NCBI GenBank assembly: GCA_035577965.1
Contig: DATJYX010000065.1
Span: forward strand, 22,322-86,321
Origin: Vicinamibacteria bacterium
GTDB taxonomy: Bacteria; Acidobacteriota; Vicinamibacteria; Fen-336
Direction: 5' to 3'
Length of the DNA stretch: 64,000 nucleotides
Positions 7,088-16,514 of the stretch are shown in pieces (within the stretch, counting starts at the first letter, position 1; each line of letters starts with the position of its first letter). Under the pieces are notes generated by a model that saw nothing but the letters and a program-made list of their open reading frames with translations, was not told the origin of the DNA and made no database searches. The translations under genes and the position numbers were made by a program.

Positions 7088-9895
7088 TCAGCGCGGGTCG
7101 CGATTGCCCGGAGAGGCCGCCCTCGCCTTCCGGCCGGTGACTTCGTAGAGGCGATCCAGCCGACGCCTCGCGTCCCGGGCCTCGCGGCTGCCGTCGCCAC
7201 GCGTCGCGGCCAGCACGGGCTCGCTCCTCGCGAGCAACGGTTCCGCCTCGGTCGTGCGCCCGAGCGCCAGGAGACAGCCTCCCAGGGCGCTCTCCGCCTC
7301 CGCGATCTGCCAGTGTCCCGCCGGCAGCCGGGCGCGGAGGATCTGGACCGCCTCCCGCAGCAGAGGCTCGCCCGACTTCGGGTCGGAAGCCTGCTCGAGG
7401 AGGGTCCCGAGGTCCACGAGCGACTCGGCGATGTCGAGGTGTCCGGCCGGGAGGGCGAGGCGGCGGCGAGAGAGGACGTCGCGGAAGCCCGCCTCGGCCT
7501 CGGCCCGGGCCCCGAGGGCGGCCCGGCACCGCCAGAGCTCCTCCAGCGCGCGCAGCGTCAGGGGGTGGTCCTCTCCGAGATGGCGGCGGCGGACGCTCAA
7601 GGCGGTCCGTGCCCGGGCCTCGGCCTCGCCGAAGGCCGACTCGCGCTCGAGGAGCTGGGCCAGGTTGAGCTCGACGGTGGCCACTTCGGGGTGGTCGTCG
7701 CCGAGCGTCCGGCGGACGATGTCCAGCCCCTGACGATAGAGGGTCTCGGCGCCGGAGAGGTCCCCCTTCTCGGCCAGCACCCTGGCCAGCCGGCTGAGGC
7801 TCGCGCCCACGCTGGGGTGCTCGGGGCCGAAGCGGGTGATCCGGAGCCTCAGCGCCTCCCGAGTCGCGGCCTCGGCGGCGCGCAGCTCTCCCCGGGCCCG
7901 CAGGATCGAGCCCAGCCGGTCGAGGGCGCTCGCGAGACCCGCGTCCGAGAGGCTTCCCAGGCGGCGGTAGATCTCGACCGCGCGCCCGGCGGTCGCCTTC
8001 GCCTCGTCCGACCGCCCCTGGTCCTCGAGCATCTGGGCGAGGCGCTCCAGCGTGTCGGCCGTGCCCGCCTGCTCGTCTCCCCGCTTCTCGCGGATCGAAA
8101 GCGCGCGGCGGAGGAGGTTCTCGGCCGCGGCGTTGTGCCGCTCGTCCCGCAGCACGACGCCGAGGGCGTGCAGGGAAGCCGCGACCTCGGCGGCGTCGGC
8201 CGGGAGCCGCCGCTCGCGGATGGCGAGCGAGCGGCGCAACAGCGTCTCGGCCTGGGCGTACTCGCCGCGCTCTCGCTGGAGGTTGCCGAGGCTCTCCAGG
8301 CTCGCCGCCGCCTCCACGCTCTCGGGGCCGAACGTACGGCTCCGGATCCGGAGCGCCTCGTCCAGCAGAGGGACGGCCTCGTCGTAGAGTCCGAGGTTGC
8401 GATAGGCGCTGCCCAGGGTGTCCAGCAGGGTCGCCTCGACGCGCGGCTCGTCCTCGAACTCCGAGCGGACGTGCGCGGTCGCGCGGTCGAGGAGCTCCCG
8501 CGCCGTGACCGATTCGCCTCTCGTCGGTCCCGAGGCCTGGAAGAGGTCCTGGAGGAAGGCCGAGACCCCCCGCGCCGTCTCCGCCTCGCGCCGCGCGAAG
8601 TCCCGCTCGCCGGCCAGCTCCGCGGCGAGACGGGCCCGGTTCGCCGCGAAGCCCACCACGAGCACGGCGAACGCCGCCGCGACCGCGACCGCCGTGCGGT
8701 TCCGCCAGGCGAACTTGCCGGCGACGTAGGTCAGGGTGGGCCGCCGGGCCCGGACCGGCTCGCCTTCGAGGTGCCGGCGGAGGTCCTCGGAGAGCTCGGC
8801 CGCGGACGCGTAGCGGCGGGCGGGCGCCTTGTCCATCGCCTTCAGCACGATGTTGTCGAGGTCCCCGCGCAGGCGGCGCCGAAGCCTCTCCGGCTCCGCG
8901 CCCCGGGCCCGGCTCAGCTCCTCGGGCGTGGCGGCGGCGGCCGCGCTCTCGAAAGGCGGAACCGCCCTGGTCACGACCGCGCTCGGCTTCTCGGCCTCGA
9001 CGTCCGTGATCGCGTGGGCGAGCGTCCCCAGCGCGTGGTCGCGCCGCCTGAAGGGGCGGCGGCCGGTGAGGAGCTCGTACAGCACCACCCCGAGCGAGTA
9101 CACGTCGCTCGCCGTCGTGATCGGCTCTCCCCGGATCTGCTCCGGGCTCGCGTAGTCGGGCGTCATGGGGCGAAAGCCGGTCGCGGTGAGGGGGGCCGCC
9201 TCCCCGAGCAGGTCCGGGGCGAGCAGCTTCGCGATGCCGAAGTCGAGCAGCTTCGGCTCGCCGGAGGCGGTGACGAGGATGTTCCGGGGCTTGAGGTCGC
9301 GGTGGACGACGAGGCTCTGGTGCGCGTGGTGGACGGCCGCGCACACCGAGCGGAAGAGCGCGAGCCGGGCCTCGGTCGCGAGCTGGCGGCGATCGCAGTA
9401 GTCGTCGATCGGCTCCCCCTCGACGTACTCCATGACGATGTACGGCCGTCCGCGATCGGTCGTGCCCCCGTCGAGGAGGCGGGCGATGCCCGGGTGCTCG
9501 AGCGTGGCCAGGATCTGGCGCTCCGTCGCGAACCGCGCCTCCTCCCGCGCTCCAGGGCCGGAGGCGACCTTGATCGCGACGTGCTTCTGGAAGGTGTCGT
9601 CGTCCCGGACGGCGAGGTACACGACGCCCATCCCTCCCTCGCCCAGCTCGCGGAGGACGCGGTAGGGCCCGATGCGGCGCTCCGCCGGCGCGTCGAGATC
9701 CGAGGCGGCGGCGCGGACGCCCTCGGCGAGGCTGTCGCCGCTCGCCTCCCACGCCGACAGCAGGTCGCTCACCTCGTCGCGGAGGGAGGGATCGCCCACA
9801 GAGGCGGATTCCAGATACGCCCGCCGCGCATCCGGGGCCAGGGCGGCTGCCGCGTGGAACAGCTCCTGAAGGCGCGCGAAGCGGTCCCGCTCCAT
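7088..9895 (-). CDS. Ser/Thr protein kinase with C-terminal TPR repeats
   Basis: GxGxxG EGGMGVVY, AIK, HRDLKPRNIL, DFGIAK, a TM segment, then extended TPR_12-like repeats. Confidence 0.85.
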   Translation of the reverse strand: MERDRFARLQELFHAAAALAPDARRAYLESASVGDPSLRDEVSDLLSAWEASGDSLAEGVRAAASDLDAPAERRIGPYRVLRELGEGGMGVVYLAVRDDDTFQKHVAIKVASGPGAREEARFATERQILATLEHPGIARLLDGGTTDRGRPYIVMEYVEGEPIDDYCDRRQLATEARLALFRSVCAAVHHAHQSLVVHRDLKPRNILVTASGEPKLLDFGIAKLLAPDLLGEAAPLTATGFRPMTPDYASPEQIRGEPITTASDVYSLGVVLYELLTGRRPFRRRDHALGTLAHAITDVEAEKPSAVVTRAVPPFESAAAAATPEELSRARGAEPERLRRRLRGDLDNIVLKAMDKAPARRYASAAELSEDLRRHLEGEPVRARRPTLTYVAGKFAWRNRTAVAVAAAFAVLVVGFAANRARLAAELAGERDFARREAETARGVSAFLQDLFQASGPTRGESVTARELLDRATAHVRSEFEDEPRVEATLLDTLGSAYRNLGLYDEAVPLLDEALRIRSRTFGPESVEAAASLESLGNLQRERGEYAQAETLLRRSLAIRERRLPADAAEVAASLHALGVVLRDERHNAAAENLLRRALSIREKRGDEQAGTADTLERLAQMLEDQGRSDEAKATAGRAVEIYRRLGSLSDAGLASALDRLGSILRARGELRAAEAATREALRLRITRFGPEHPSVGASLSRLARVLAEKGDLSGAETLYRQGLDIVRRTLGDDHPEVATVELNLAQLLERESAFGEAEARARTALSVRRRHLGEDHPLTLRALEELWRCRAALGARAEAEAGFRDVLSRRRLALPAGHLDIAESLVDLGTLLEQASDPKSGEPLLREAVQILRARLPAGHWQIAEAESALGGCLLALGRTTEAEPLLARSEPVLAATRGDGSREARDARRRLDRLYEVTGRKARAASPGNRDPR

Positions 9896-9970
9896 GCCCC
9901 AGGAATCGTAGTACGGACGGCGGCGCGCGCCTACCGCCGATCCCTCGACCGACGCGGCCGCGTCGCCTCG

Positions 9971-10846
9971 CTATCGTCGCTGCTCGTGGCGCTCCGTGCG
10001 ATGACCGGCCTGCCGCGCCGGGGGGTGCGCGTAGGAGTGGGCGTAGTAGACCCGGTTGGCCCATCCGCGGCCCCACGGAGTCTCGTCGAAGTAGATGAGG
10101 TGGCTGCTCCACGCGAGGTAGGGGTGCGCCCATCCCCAGGGATAGAAGCCCGCGGCAATCACGACCGCCGGAGCGACGTGGACGGCGCCACCCACGAGGA
10201 TCCCCGGAGGCGGGGGGCCGAACACGACGAAGGGGTCGTACGCGGGGACGTAGACGTAGGCGGGATTGACGGGCAGGACCTCGATGGAGCCCCCCGCGTC
10301 GGCCACCCTGTTGTAGGGGTTCGTTCGCAGGTATCCGTACCGGTACGCCTCCCTGCGCATCCCCTGGACGGCGTCCATGACCTCGGCCCTCTGCGTCAGG
10401 ACGGCGCGGCCCAGCTCCTCCGTCCAGGCGGGGTCCTTCGCCATCGCGTCCAGGACCGACGGGAAGGGCAGCAGAGCCAGGACGCTGGGCGCCCAACGCA
10501 GCCCGTCCTCCTGGATCGCCGCGGCCAGGGCGTCGCCCCTCAGGTAGCCGTGACGGCGGGCCCAATCCGCCGCCTCCGGGATCTCGTCCCAGTACGTGGA
10601 GGCGGTCAGCACCTGGGCCAGGAGCGGGTCGGGGTAGAGAGCGATCCTCCGCACGAGCTGACCGAGCTGCTCGGCGCTGCGGGGCAGGGGAGCGGGAGCC
10701 GCCGGCCCGACCGCCGACGGAGGAGGCGGCGGGGGCGGAGGCGGCTCGTCGCCCGGCGGCATCTGTGCCATCGCCGGCCCGACGGAGAGCACGACGAGAA
10801 GTCCGAAGAGGGAGAAAGCGGCCGACTGGATCCTCCGCGTCATCAT
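9971..10846 (-). CDS. Secreted DUF3300 family protein
   Basis: Signal peptide; poly-Pro linker; IALYPDPLLAQVLTASTYWDEI motif typical of DUF3300. Confidence 0.6.
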   Translation of the reverse strand: MMTRRIQSAAFSLFGLLVVLSVGPAMAQMPPGDEPPPPPPPPPSAVGPAAPAPLPRSAEQLGQLVRRIALYPDPLLAQVLTASTYWDEIPEAADWARRHGYLRGDALAAAIQEDGLRWAPSVLALLPFPSVLDAMAKDPAWTEELGRAVLTQRAEVMDAVQGMRREAYRYGYLRTNPYNRVADAGGSIEVLPVNPAYVYVPAYDPFVVFGPPPPGILVGGAVHVAPAVVIAAGFYPWGWAHPYLAWSSHLIYFDETPWGRGWANRVYYAHSYAHPPARQAGHRTERHEQRR

Positions 10847-10874
10847 CCGAGCCTCCTCCGCCCCGAAGCCTTCC

Positions 10875-12206
10875 TCACGAGCGCCCGAGGGCGCGCAGGA
10901 GCTGGGTGCGGGCCGAGGCCAGGTTGTACTCGGCCTGCACCTGCTGCTGGCCCGCCGACGTCAGGGCGACCTGGGCGTCGGTGAGCTCGATGACGGTGCC
11001 CACCCCGGTCTCGTACCGGCCCTCGGCCAGGCGGAGCTGCTGCTGCGCGTTGGCGAGGGCGTCTTTGGCCGAGTCCAGAGCCGCCTTCGCGGAGGTGACG
11101 CCGAGCCGCGCCTGCTCCACGTCCAGCCGGACCTGCTGTCGGAGCGTGTCGGCCTGGGCCCGCAGGGACTCCAGGCTCCACTGAGCCACCCGAACCTGGG
11201 CGCCGGTTCGCCCGCCGGTGAAGACGGGCACGGTGACGTTGAGCGACGCGCTCCAGTTCCAGCCGAGGCTCGCCACCTGGCTGCCCGCATCCGTGATGCC
11301 GGTGGAAGCCGAGATCGAGGGCCAGTACTCGGCCTTGCCCGCTCTCACCGTCAGCTCCTGGGCGCGGACGGCCTTCTCCATCGCCGCCATCTCCGGCCGC
11401 GCCGAGAGCGCCTCGGCGAGAAGGGCCTCGGTGTCCGCGCCTTCGCCGGGGACGGGCGGGACCGTCTCGTCCGACACGTCGTAGTCGGTCGGCCCTTCCA
11501 CCCCCATCGCCTGGTTGAGGGTGGCCTTGGCCGTCTCGTAGCCGTTGCGGGCGAGGACGAGCTGGTAGCGGGCGTTGGCCTGGGAAGCCCGCGCCGTGGC
11601 GAGGGCGATCTCGGGCTGGGTGCCCACCTCGACGAACCCCACCACCTGGGCGAGGTGACGGTCCTGGTCGGCCAGGGTCTCGGAGGCCACCCGGACCAGC
11701 TCGCGCGCGGCGCGGGCCTGAAAGAAGGCCGTGCGCACCACCGTCGTGACCTGGAGCGCGGTCGCCCGTTCGTTGTCCGCCTGGGAGGCGGCCGCGGCCC
11801 GGCTCGCCCGCCACGCCGAGGAGGACGCACCGAAGTCCCACAGGAGCTGGGTCGCGCTGAGGCCGAAACTGTAGAAGGGGAGAGTGCTCCAGCTCGAGCT
11901 CGCCCCGGCCGAGGAGCCGATGCCGCCCGGCAGCGAGCCGGGCCGGGGCACGTAGTTCGCCGTCGTGCGCTCGTAGCCCGCGGCGCCTCCAACCTGGGGC
12001 AGGAGGGCGGCGCGCGCCACGTCGGACTGAGCGTGCGCGCCCTCGGCCACGGCGTGGGCTTCGCGCAGCTGCGGCTGGCGGGACCGCGCCGTGGCGACGG
12101 CCTCCTCGAGGGTGAGCGTGCGCCCGAGGGGCTCGGCCCGCAGCGAGCCGGCGGCGGCGGAGAGGAGCCCGCAGGCCAGGGCGAGGGCCCGGCGCGGATC
12201 CGTCAT
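10875..12206 (-). CDS. Outer membrane efflux protein, TolC family
   Basis: Two OEP-like repeats (NARYQLVLARNGYETAKATLNQA...; TQLLRALG). Start ATG overlaps the permease stop (ATGA). Confidence 0.8.
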   Translation of the reverse strand: MTDPRRALALACGLLSAAAGSLRAEPLGRTLTLEEAVATARSRQPQLREAHAVAEGAHAQSDVARAALLPQVGGAAGYERTTANYVPRPGSLPGGIGSSAGASSSWSTLPFYSFGLSATQLLWDFGASSSAWRASRAAAASQADNERATALQVTTVVRTAFFQARAARELVRVASETLADQDRHLAQVVGFVEVGTQPEIALATARASQANARYQLVLARNGYETAKATLNQAMGVEGPTDYDVSDETVPPVPGEGADTEALLAEALSARPEMAAMEKAVRAQELTVRAGKAEYWPSISASTGITDAGSQVASLGWNWSASLNVTVPVFTGGRTGAQVRVAQWSLESLRAQADTLRQQVRLDVEQARLGVTSAKAALDSAKDALANAQQQLRLAEGRYETGVGTVIELTDAQVALTSAGQQQVQAEYNLASARTQLLRALGRS

Positions 12207-13432
12207 TCGTACCTCAGCGCGTCGATGGGGTCGAGGAGGGAGGCCTTGCGGGCGGGGTAGAGGCCGAAGACGATGCCGACCAGGGCCGAGAAGCCGACCG
12301 CCGTCACCGCCACGTCGGCGCGGATGAGCGTCGGCCACCCGAACTGCGCGGCCAGGCGCAGGGCGGTGCCCACGCCGAGAGCGAGGCCGAGGACGCCTCC
12401 CGCCACCGCGAGGGTCAGCGCCTCGACCAGGAACTGGGCGAGGATGTTCTGCGGCTTCGCGCCCACCGACATCCGGACGCCGATCTCGCGCGTCCTCTCC
12501 GTGACCGAGACCAGCATGATGTTCATGATGCCGATCCCGCCCACGAGCAGGGACACCGCGGCGATGCTGGCGAGGAGGGTGGAGAGCGTCCTCGTCCCCT
12601 CCTCCTGGGCTCCCGCGAGCTCCGTCAGGTTGCGGATCGAGAAGTCGTCGTCGAGGGCCGACTGGATGTGGTGGCGGTCCCGCAGGAGCGCGGTGATCTG
12701 GATCTGCGCGCGCGCCGTGTCGGCGGAGCTCGTGGCTCCAACGAAGATCGTGCCCGCGATGTAGTTCTGGAGCCCGCCCTGGATCTTGGTCAGGAACGTC
12801 TTGAGCGGGATGAAGGCGGCGTCGTCGTAGTCCTGGCCGGTCGTCGACTGGCCCTTGCCGGCGAGCACCCCCGCCACCTGGAACGGGATGTTCTTGATCC
12901 GCACGAGCTGACCCACCGGGTCCGCGTTCTCGCCGAAGAGCTTCTCGACGACGGTCTGGCCGAGGAACACCACCTTGGCCCCGTTCTCCGAATCGGAGTC
13001 GGTCATGGGCGTGCCCGTGGAGACGGGCCAGTTGCGGATCGCGAAGTACTCCGGGCCGGTGCCGTAGACCGAGGTCGTCCAGTTCTGGTCCTCGAACACG
13101 ACGGGCGCGTTCGTCCGGAGCTGCGCGACCGCGTACTTGACGGTCGGCACCTCGGAGTGGATGGCGCGCAGGTCGTCCCAGGTGAGGGTGGGGAGGCTGC
13201 CGAAGCCTCCTCGGGAGCCGCCGGCCGTGGTCGACCCGGGCAGGACGATGAGGACGTTCGACCCCATGGAGGCGAAGGACTGCTCGACCTTGGCCTTGGC
13301 CCCCTCGCCGATCGCGACCATCGCGATGACGGCCGCGACGCCGATGACGATGCCGAGGGTGGTGAGGAACGAACGGAGCTTGTTGCGGAGGAGCGCGCGC
13401 GCGGCGACGCGCAGGGTCTGCAGGAGGTTCAT
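12203..13432 (-). CDS. ABC transporter permease, FtsX/MacB family
   Basis: N-terminal TM, large periplasmic domain, C-terminal FtsX-like TM bundle. Start MNLLQTL overlaps the ATPase stop (ATGA). Confidence 0.8.
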   Translation of the reverse strand: MNLLQTLRVAARALLRNKLRSFLTTLGIVIGVAAVIAMVAIGEGAKAKVEQSFASMGSNVLIVLPGSTTAGGSRGGFGSLPTLTWDDLRAIHSEVPTVKYAVAQLRTNAPVVFEDQNWTTSVYGTGPEYFAIRNWPVSTGTPMTDSDSENGAKVVFLGQTVVEKLFGENADPVGQLVRIKNIPFQVAGVLAGKGQSTTGQDYDDAAFIPLKTFLTKIQGGLQNYIAGTIFVGATSSADTARAQIQITALLRDRHHIQSALDDDFSIRNLTELAGAQEEGTRTLSTLLASIAAVSLLVGGIGIMNIMLVSVTERTREIGVRMSVGAKPQNILAQFLVEALTLAVAGGVLGLALGVGTALRLAAQFGWPTLIRADVAVTAVGFSALVGIVFGLYPARKASLLDPIDALRYE

Positions 13433-14170
13433 GCGGCGCCTCCGGCCCATCGCGCGGCGCCGCCGGGGGCGCGGCGGGACTCCTGGCGGCGATCGGACAG
13501 GAGGTGGCCGTCCTTCACCACGATCACGCGGGAGGCGAAGGCGGCGACGTCGGGCTCGTGGGTCACCAGCACCACGGTGATTCCGCCGTCGCGCAGCTCC
13601 TGGAAGAGGGCCATGACCTCGTTGCTGGTCGTGGAGTCGAGATTGCCGGTCGGCTCGTCGGCGAGGATGACCTTGGGCCGGTTGACGAGCGCCCGCGCGA
13701 TCGCCACCCGCTGCTGCTGTCCCCCGGACATCTGGTTCGGGTGGTGGCCGGTCCGGTCGCCGAGCCCGACGCGGGCGAGGGCCTCCCGAGCCCGCGCGTG
13801 GCGCTCGCGGGTCGGGACGCCGGCGTAGAGGAGAGGCAGCTCGACGTTCTCGAGCGCGCTCGTCCGGGCGAGGAGGTTAAAGCTCTGGAAGACGAAGCCC
13901 AGGGTCCGGTTCCTCCGCTCGGCCAGGGCGGCGCGGTCGAGACGCGAGACCTCCTCGCCCGCGAGCAGGTAGCGGCCGGAGCTGGGCCGGTCCAGGCAGC
14001 CGACGATGTTCATGAGCGTGGACTTGCCCGAGCCGGACGCGCCCATGACAGCCACGAAGTCCCCCGGCGCGACGCTCAACGAGATTCCCCGGAGCGCGTG
14101 GACCTCGACGTCACCCATTCGATAGACCTTGGTCACGTTCTCGAGCGCGACGACGGGCCGCGTGTCCATG
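13429..14170 (-). CDS. ABC transporter ATP-binding protein, MacB/LolD-like
   Basis: GASGSGKSTL, LSGGQQQRVAIARAL, ILADEPTGNLD. The upstream part of the track ORF is a GC artefact. Confidence 0.85.
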
Positions 14171-14177
14171 GGAAGCC

Positions 14178-15566
14178 TCAGAACATGCGGCGGGGCAGCC
14201 CGCCCTGGGCCTGCGCGGGGGAGGCCGCGGCCGGCCCGCCGCCGGTGACGTCCACGATCACCTGGTCGCCTTCGCCCAGCGGCCCCTCGACGATCTCGGT
14301 CAGGCTGCCGTCCGAGATCCCGGCCTTGAGGACGACGGGGCGCGGCTTGCCCTGGGCGAGGACGAAGACGCGGCGGGTGGTCGTGACCGGCGCGGCGCCG
14401 GCCCCGTGCCCTCCCGCGGGAGGGGCGCCGTCGCGCGCCTCGCCGCCTCGCGCGCCGCCTCGGGACGACCTCGTCGCCGAGAGACCGGCCAGGGCAAGGA
14501 CCTCGGCGCTGGGGCGGAAGCGAAGGGCGGCGTTCGGCAGCCGCAGCACGTCGGCCTTCTCCGCGACCACGAACGTCGCGTTCGCCGTCATGCCCGGCTT
14601 GAGCTTCAGCCCCTCGTTGTCGACGTCGATCACGGCGTCGTAGGTGACGACGTTCTGGACGGTCTGGGCGGCGTTGCGGATCTGGCGGACCTTGCCCCGG
14701 AAGGTCTCCCCCGGGTAGGCGTCGACCGTGAACGTCGCCGGCATCCCGTCCGTGAGCCTCCCGATGTCGGCCTCCGCGACGGACGTGTCGACCTGCATCT
14801 TGCGCAGGTCCTGGGCGATGACGAAGAGAGTCGGCGCCTGGAGCGAGGCGGCGACGGTCTGGCCCACGTCGACGTTGCGCGAGATCACGACGCCGTCGGT
14901 GGGCGAGAAGATGTCGGTGTAGGCGAGGTTGATCTTGGCCTGGTAGAGGGCGGCCTGGGCCTGCTCGACCGCGCCCTGGGAAGCGGCGACGGTCGCGTGG
15001 CCGGCGTCGGCGGTGGCCTGTGTGGTGTCGAAGTCCGCCTGGGCGATCAGCTTGCGGGCGACCAGGCTCTTGGACCGGGCGAGCTGGCGGTCGTCGTCGA
15101 GGGCCTGGGCCTCGGCCTTGGCCAGGTTCCCCTTGGCCGCGGCGAGGTTGGCCTTGGCCTGCTCGTACGCGGCCTGGAAGAGGCGCGGGTCGATCTTCGC
15201 GATGAGCTGGTCCTTGCGCACGGGCGAGTTGTAGTCGACGAGGATGCGCTGCAGGGTCCCCGACACCTGGCTGCCCACCTGGACGGTGACGATCGCCGAG
15301 AGCGTCCCCGACGCCGTGACCTTGGACACGACGCGGCCCCGGTCCACCTTCGCGGTCTCGAAGCGAAGGACGCCCTTGGTGGTGGTCGCGTGGTAGCGGT
15401 AGGCCAGAGCCGCACCCGTGAGCGCCGCCACGCCGACCAGGATCCACAGGGCCGCTCGGCGGCGCGGGTCCCTCGTCGACGGCAGCTCGTCCGCCACCTC
15501 CCCGTCTCTCTCGATCTCGGCCGGCGTCGCCATGCTCTCTGCCTCCCTGCCTGCGAACGCGCGCAA
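14178..15566 (-). CDS. Efflux periplasmic adaptor (HlyD/MacA family)
   Basis: N-terminal TM, coiled-coil (QAAYEQAKANLAAAKGNLAKAEAQ), beta-barrel and MP domains. Confidence 0.8.
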   Translation of the reverse strand: MRAFAGREAESMATPAEIERDGEVADELPSTRDPRRRAALWILVGVAALTGAALAYRYHATTTKGVLRFETAKVDRGRVVSKVTASGTLSAIVTVQVGSQVSGTLQRILVDYNSPVRKDQLIAKIDPRLFQAAYEQAKANLAAAKGNLAKAEAQALDDDRQLARSKSLVARKLIAQADFDTTQATADAGHATVAASQGAVEQAQAALYQAKINLAYTDIFSPTDGVVISRNVDVGQTVAASLQAPTLFVIAQDLRKMQVDTSVAEADIGRLTDGMPATFTVDAYPGETFRGKVRQIRNAAQTVQNVVTYDAVIDVDNEGLKLKPGMTANATFVVAEKADVLRLPNAALRFRPSAEVLALAGLSATRSSRGGARGGEARDGAPPAGGHGAGAAPVTTTRRVFVLAQGKPRPVVLKAGISDGSLTEIVEGPLGEGDQVIVDVTGGGPAAASPAQAQGGLPRRMF

Positions 15567-15656
15567 AGAGGAGGCGGGGGCTCAGCCGGCGGGCGTCGGC
15601 GACGTGTAAGCGGTGTAAGGCGGGCGGCCGGGCGTCCGCGTGCTCCGGGGTCTCCG

Positions 15657-16280
15657 TCAGTCCTCCGCGGCCACGGCGCGCGAGGCGGCCAGGCGCCGGG
15701 CCAGCCACGCCCGCGAGAAGGACCAGTATCGCTTGACCGTGGCCGGCGAGATGCCCACCACCTCCGCCGTCTCCTCGACGCTCAGGCCCCCGAAGGCCCG
15801 CAGCTCGACGACGCGGCTCTGCCGGGGATCGAGGGCGGCCAGCTCGTTGAGCGCGTCGTCGAGCGCGATGAGGTCGAGCGAGCGGGGGCCCGTGCTGGCC
15901 ACGGCCTCGTCCAGCGTCACGCGGGTGCGGGTCCCCCCCCGCTTCCGGGCCCTGCGGTTTCGCGCGTGGTCGACGAGGACGCGGCGCATCATCTCCGCCG
16001 CCACGCCCAGGAAGTGGGCGCGGTTCTGCCAGACGACCCGCTTCTGGTCCACCAGCCGAAGGTAGGTCTCGTGGACGAGGGCCGTCGGCTGCAGGGTGTG
16101 GCCGGGCCGCTCGCGGCGCAGGAAGGCGGCCGCCTTCTGCCTCAAGTCCGCGTAGACGGCCTGCATGAGGAGGTCGGCGGCGTCCTTGTCGCCTTCGCGC
16201 GCCGCGTCGAGCAGGCCCGTCACGTCCTGGCCGTGAAGTGCCAAGCTGAGCCTCCTGACGAACCACGGCCAGTGTCTCAC
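15657..16280 (-). CDS. ECF sigma factor, TIGR02999/ECF43-like family; start between 16280 and 16223
   Basis: HTLQPTALVHETYLRL region 2 and region 4 RQSRVVELRAFGGLSVEETAEVVGISPATVKRYW. First gene of the efflux-DUF3300-kinase operon. Confidence 0.75.
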   Translation of the reverse strand: MRHWPWFVRRLSLALHGQDVTGLLDAAREGDKDAADLLMQAVYADLRQKAAAFLRRERPGHTLQPTALVHETYLRLVDQKRVVWQNRAHFLGVAAEMMRRVLVDHARNRRARKRGGTRTRVTLDEAVASTGPRSLDLIALDDALNELAALDPRQSRVVELRAFGGLSVEETAEVVGISPATVKRYWSFSRAWLARRLAASRAVAAED

Positions 16281-16514
16281 GACGTGCCGCCCCTGCGGCG
16301 CGTTCCCGCCCCCGGGGGGCAGGACGCGCCCATCCCCGCGGAGCGCGCCTGACCGGAGCCCGGGTCTCCCTCCATGGCGTTCATGAGATAACGCTCCAAC
16401 CGGGCGACTCGGGGCTCAGGCGGGGGGCTCCCGGGGGGTTGCGCTCAGGGCGCGCTTCGGTCAGCCTGCTCCAAACAGAGGCCAGAGGCGATCGTCCGAG
16501 CAAGGAGGCGAGCC

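Noticed and set aside
7313-10984. 1223-aa plus-strand ORF antisense to the Ser/Thr kinase and DUF3300 genes
   Set aside because: Arg/Gly/Pro/Ala-rich, low-complexity translation typical of an off-frame in ~70% GC DNA. The opposite strand encodes clear kinase and TPR motifs.
13429-16266. 945-aa ORF extending the MacB ATPase far upstream
   Set aside because: The upstream part overlaps macA and the ECF sigma gene in other frames with spurious composition. The true start is MDTRPVVALENV at 14170.
16281-16514. ECF-type promoter (AAC-N16-CGT-like) between the divergent ECF sigma and htrA genes
   Set aside because: No convincing match could be read by eye; a PWM scan is needed.
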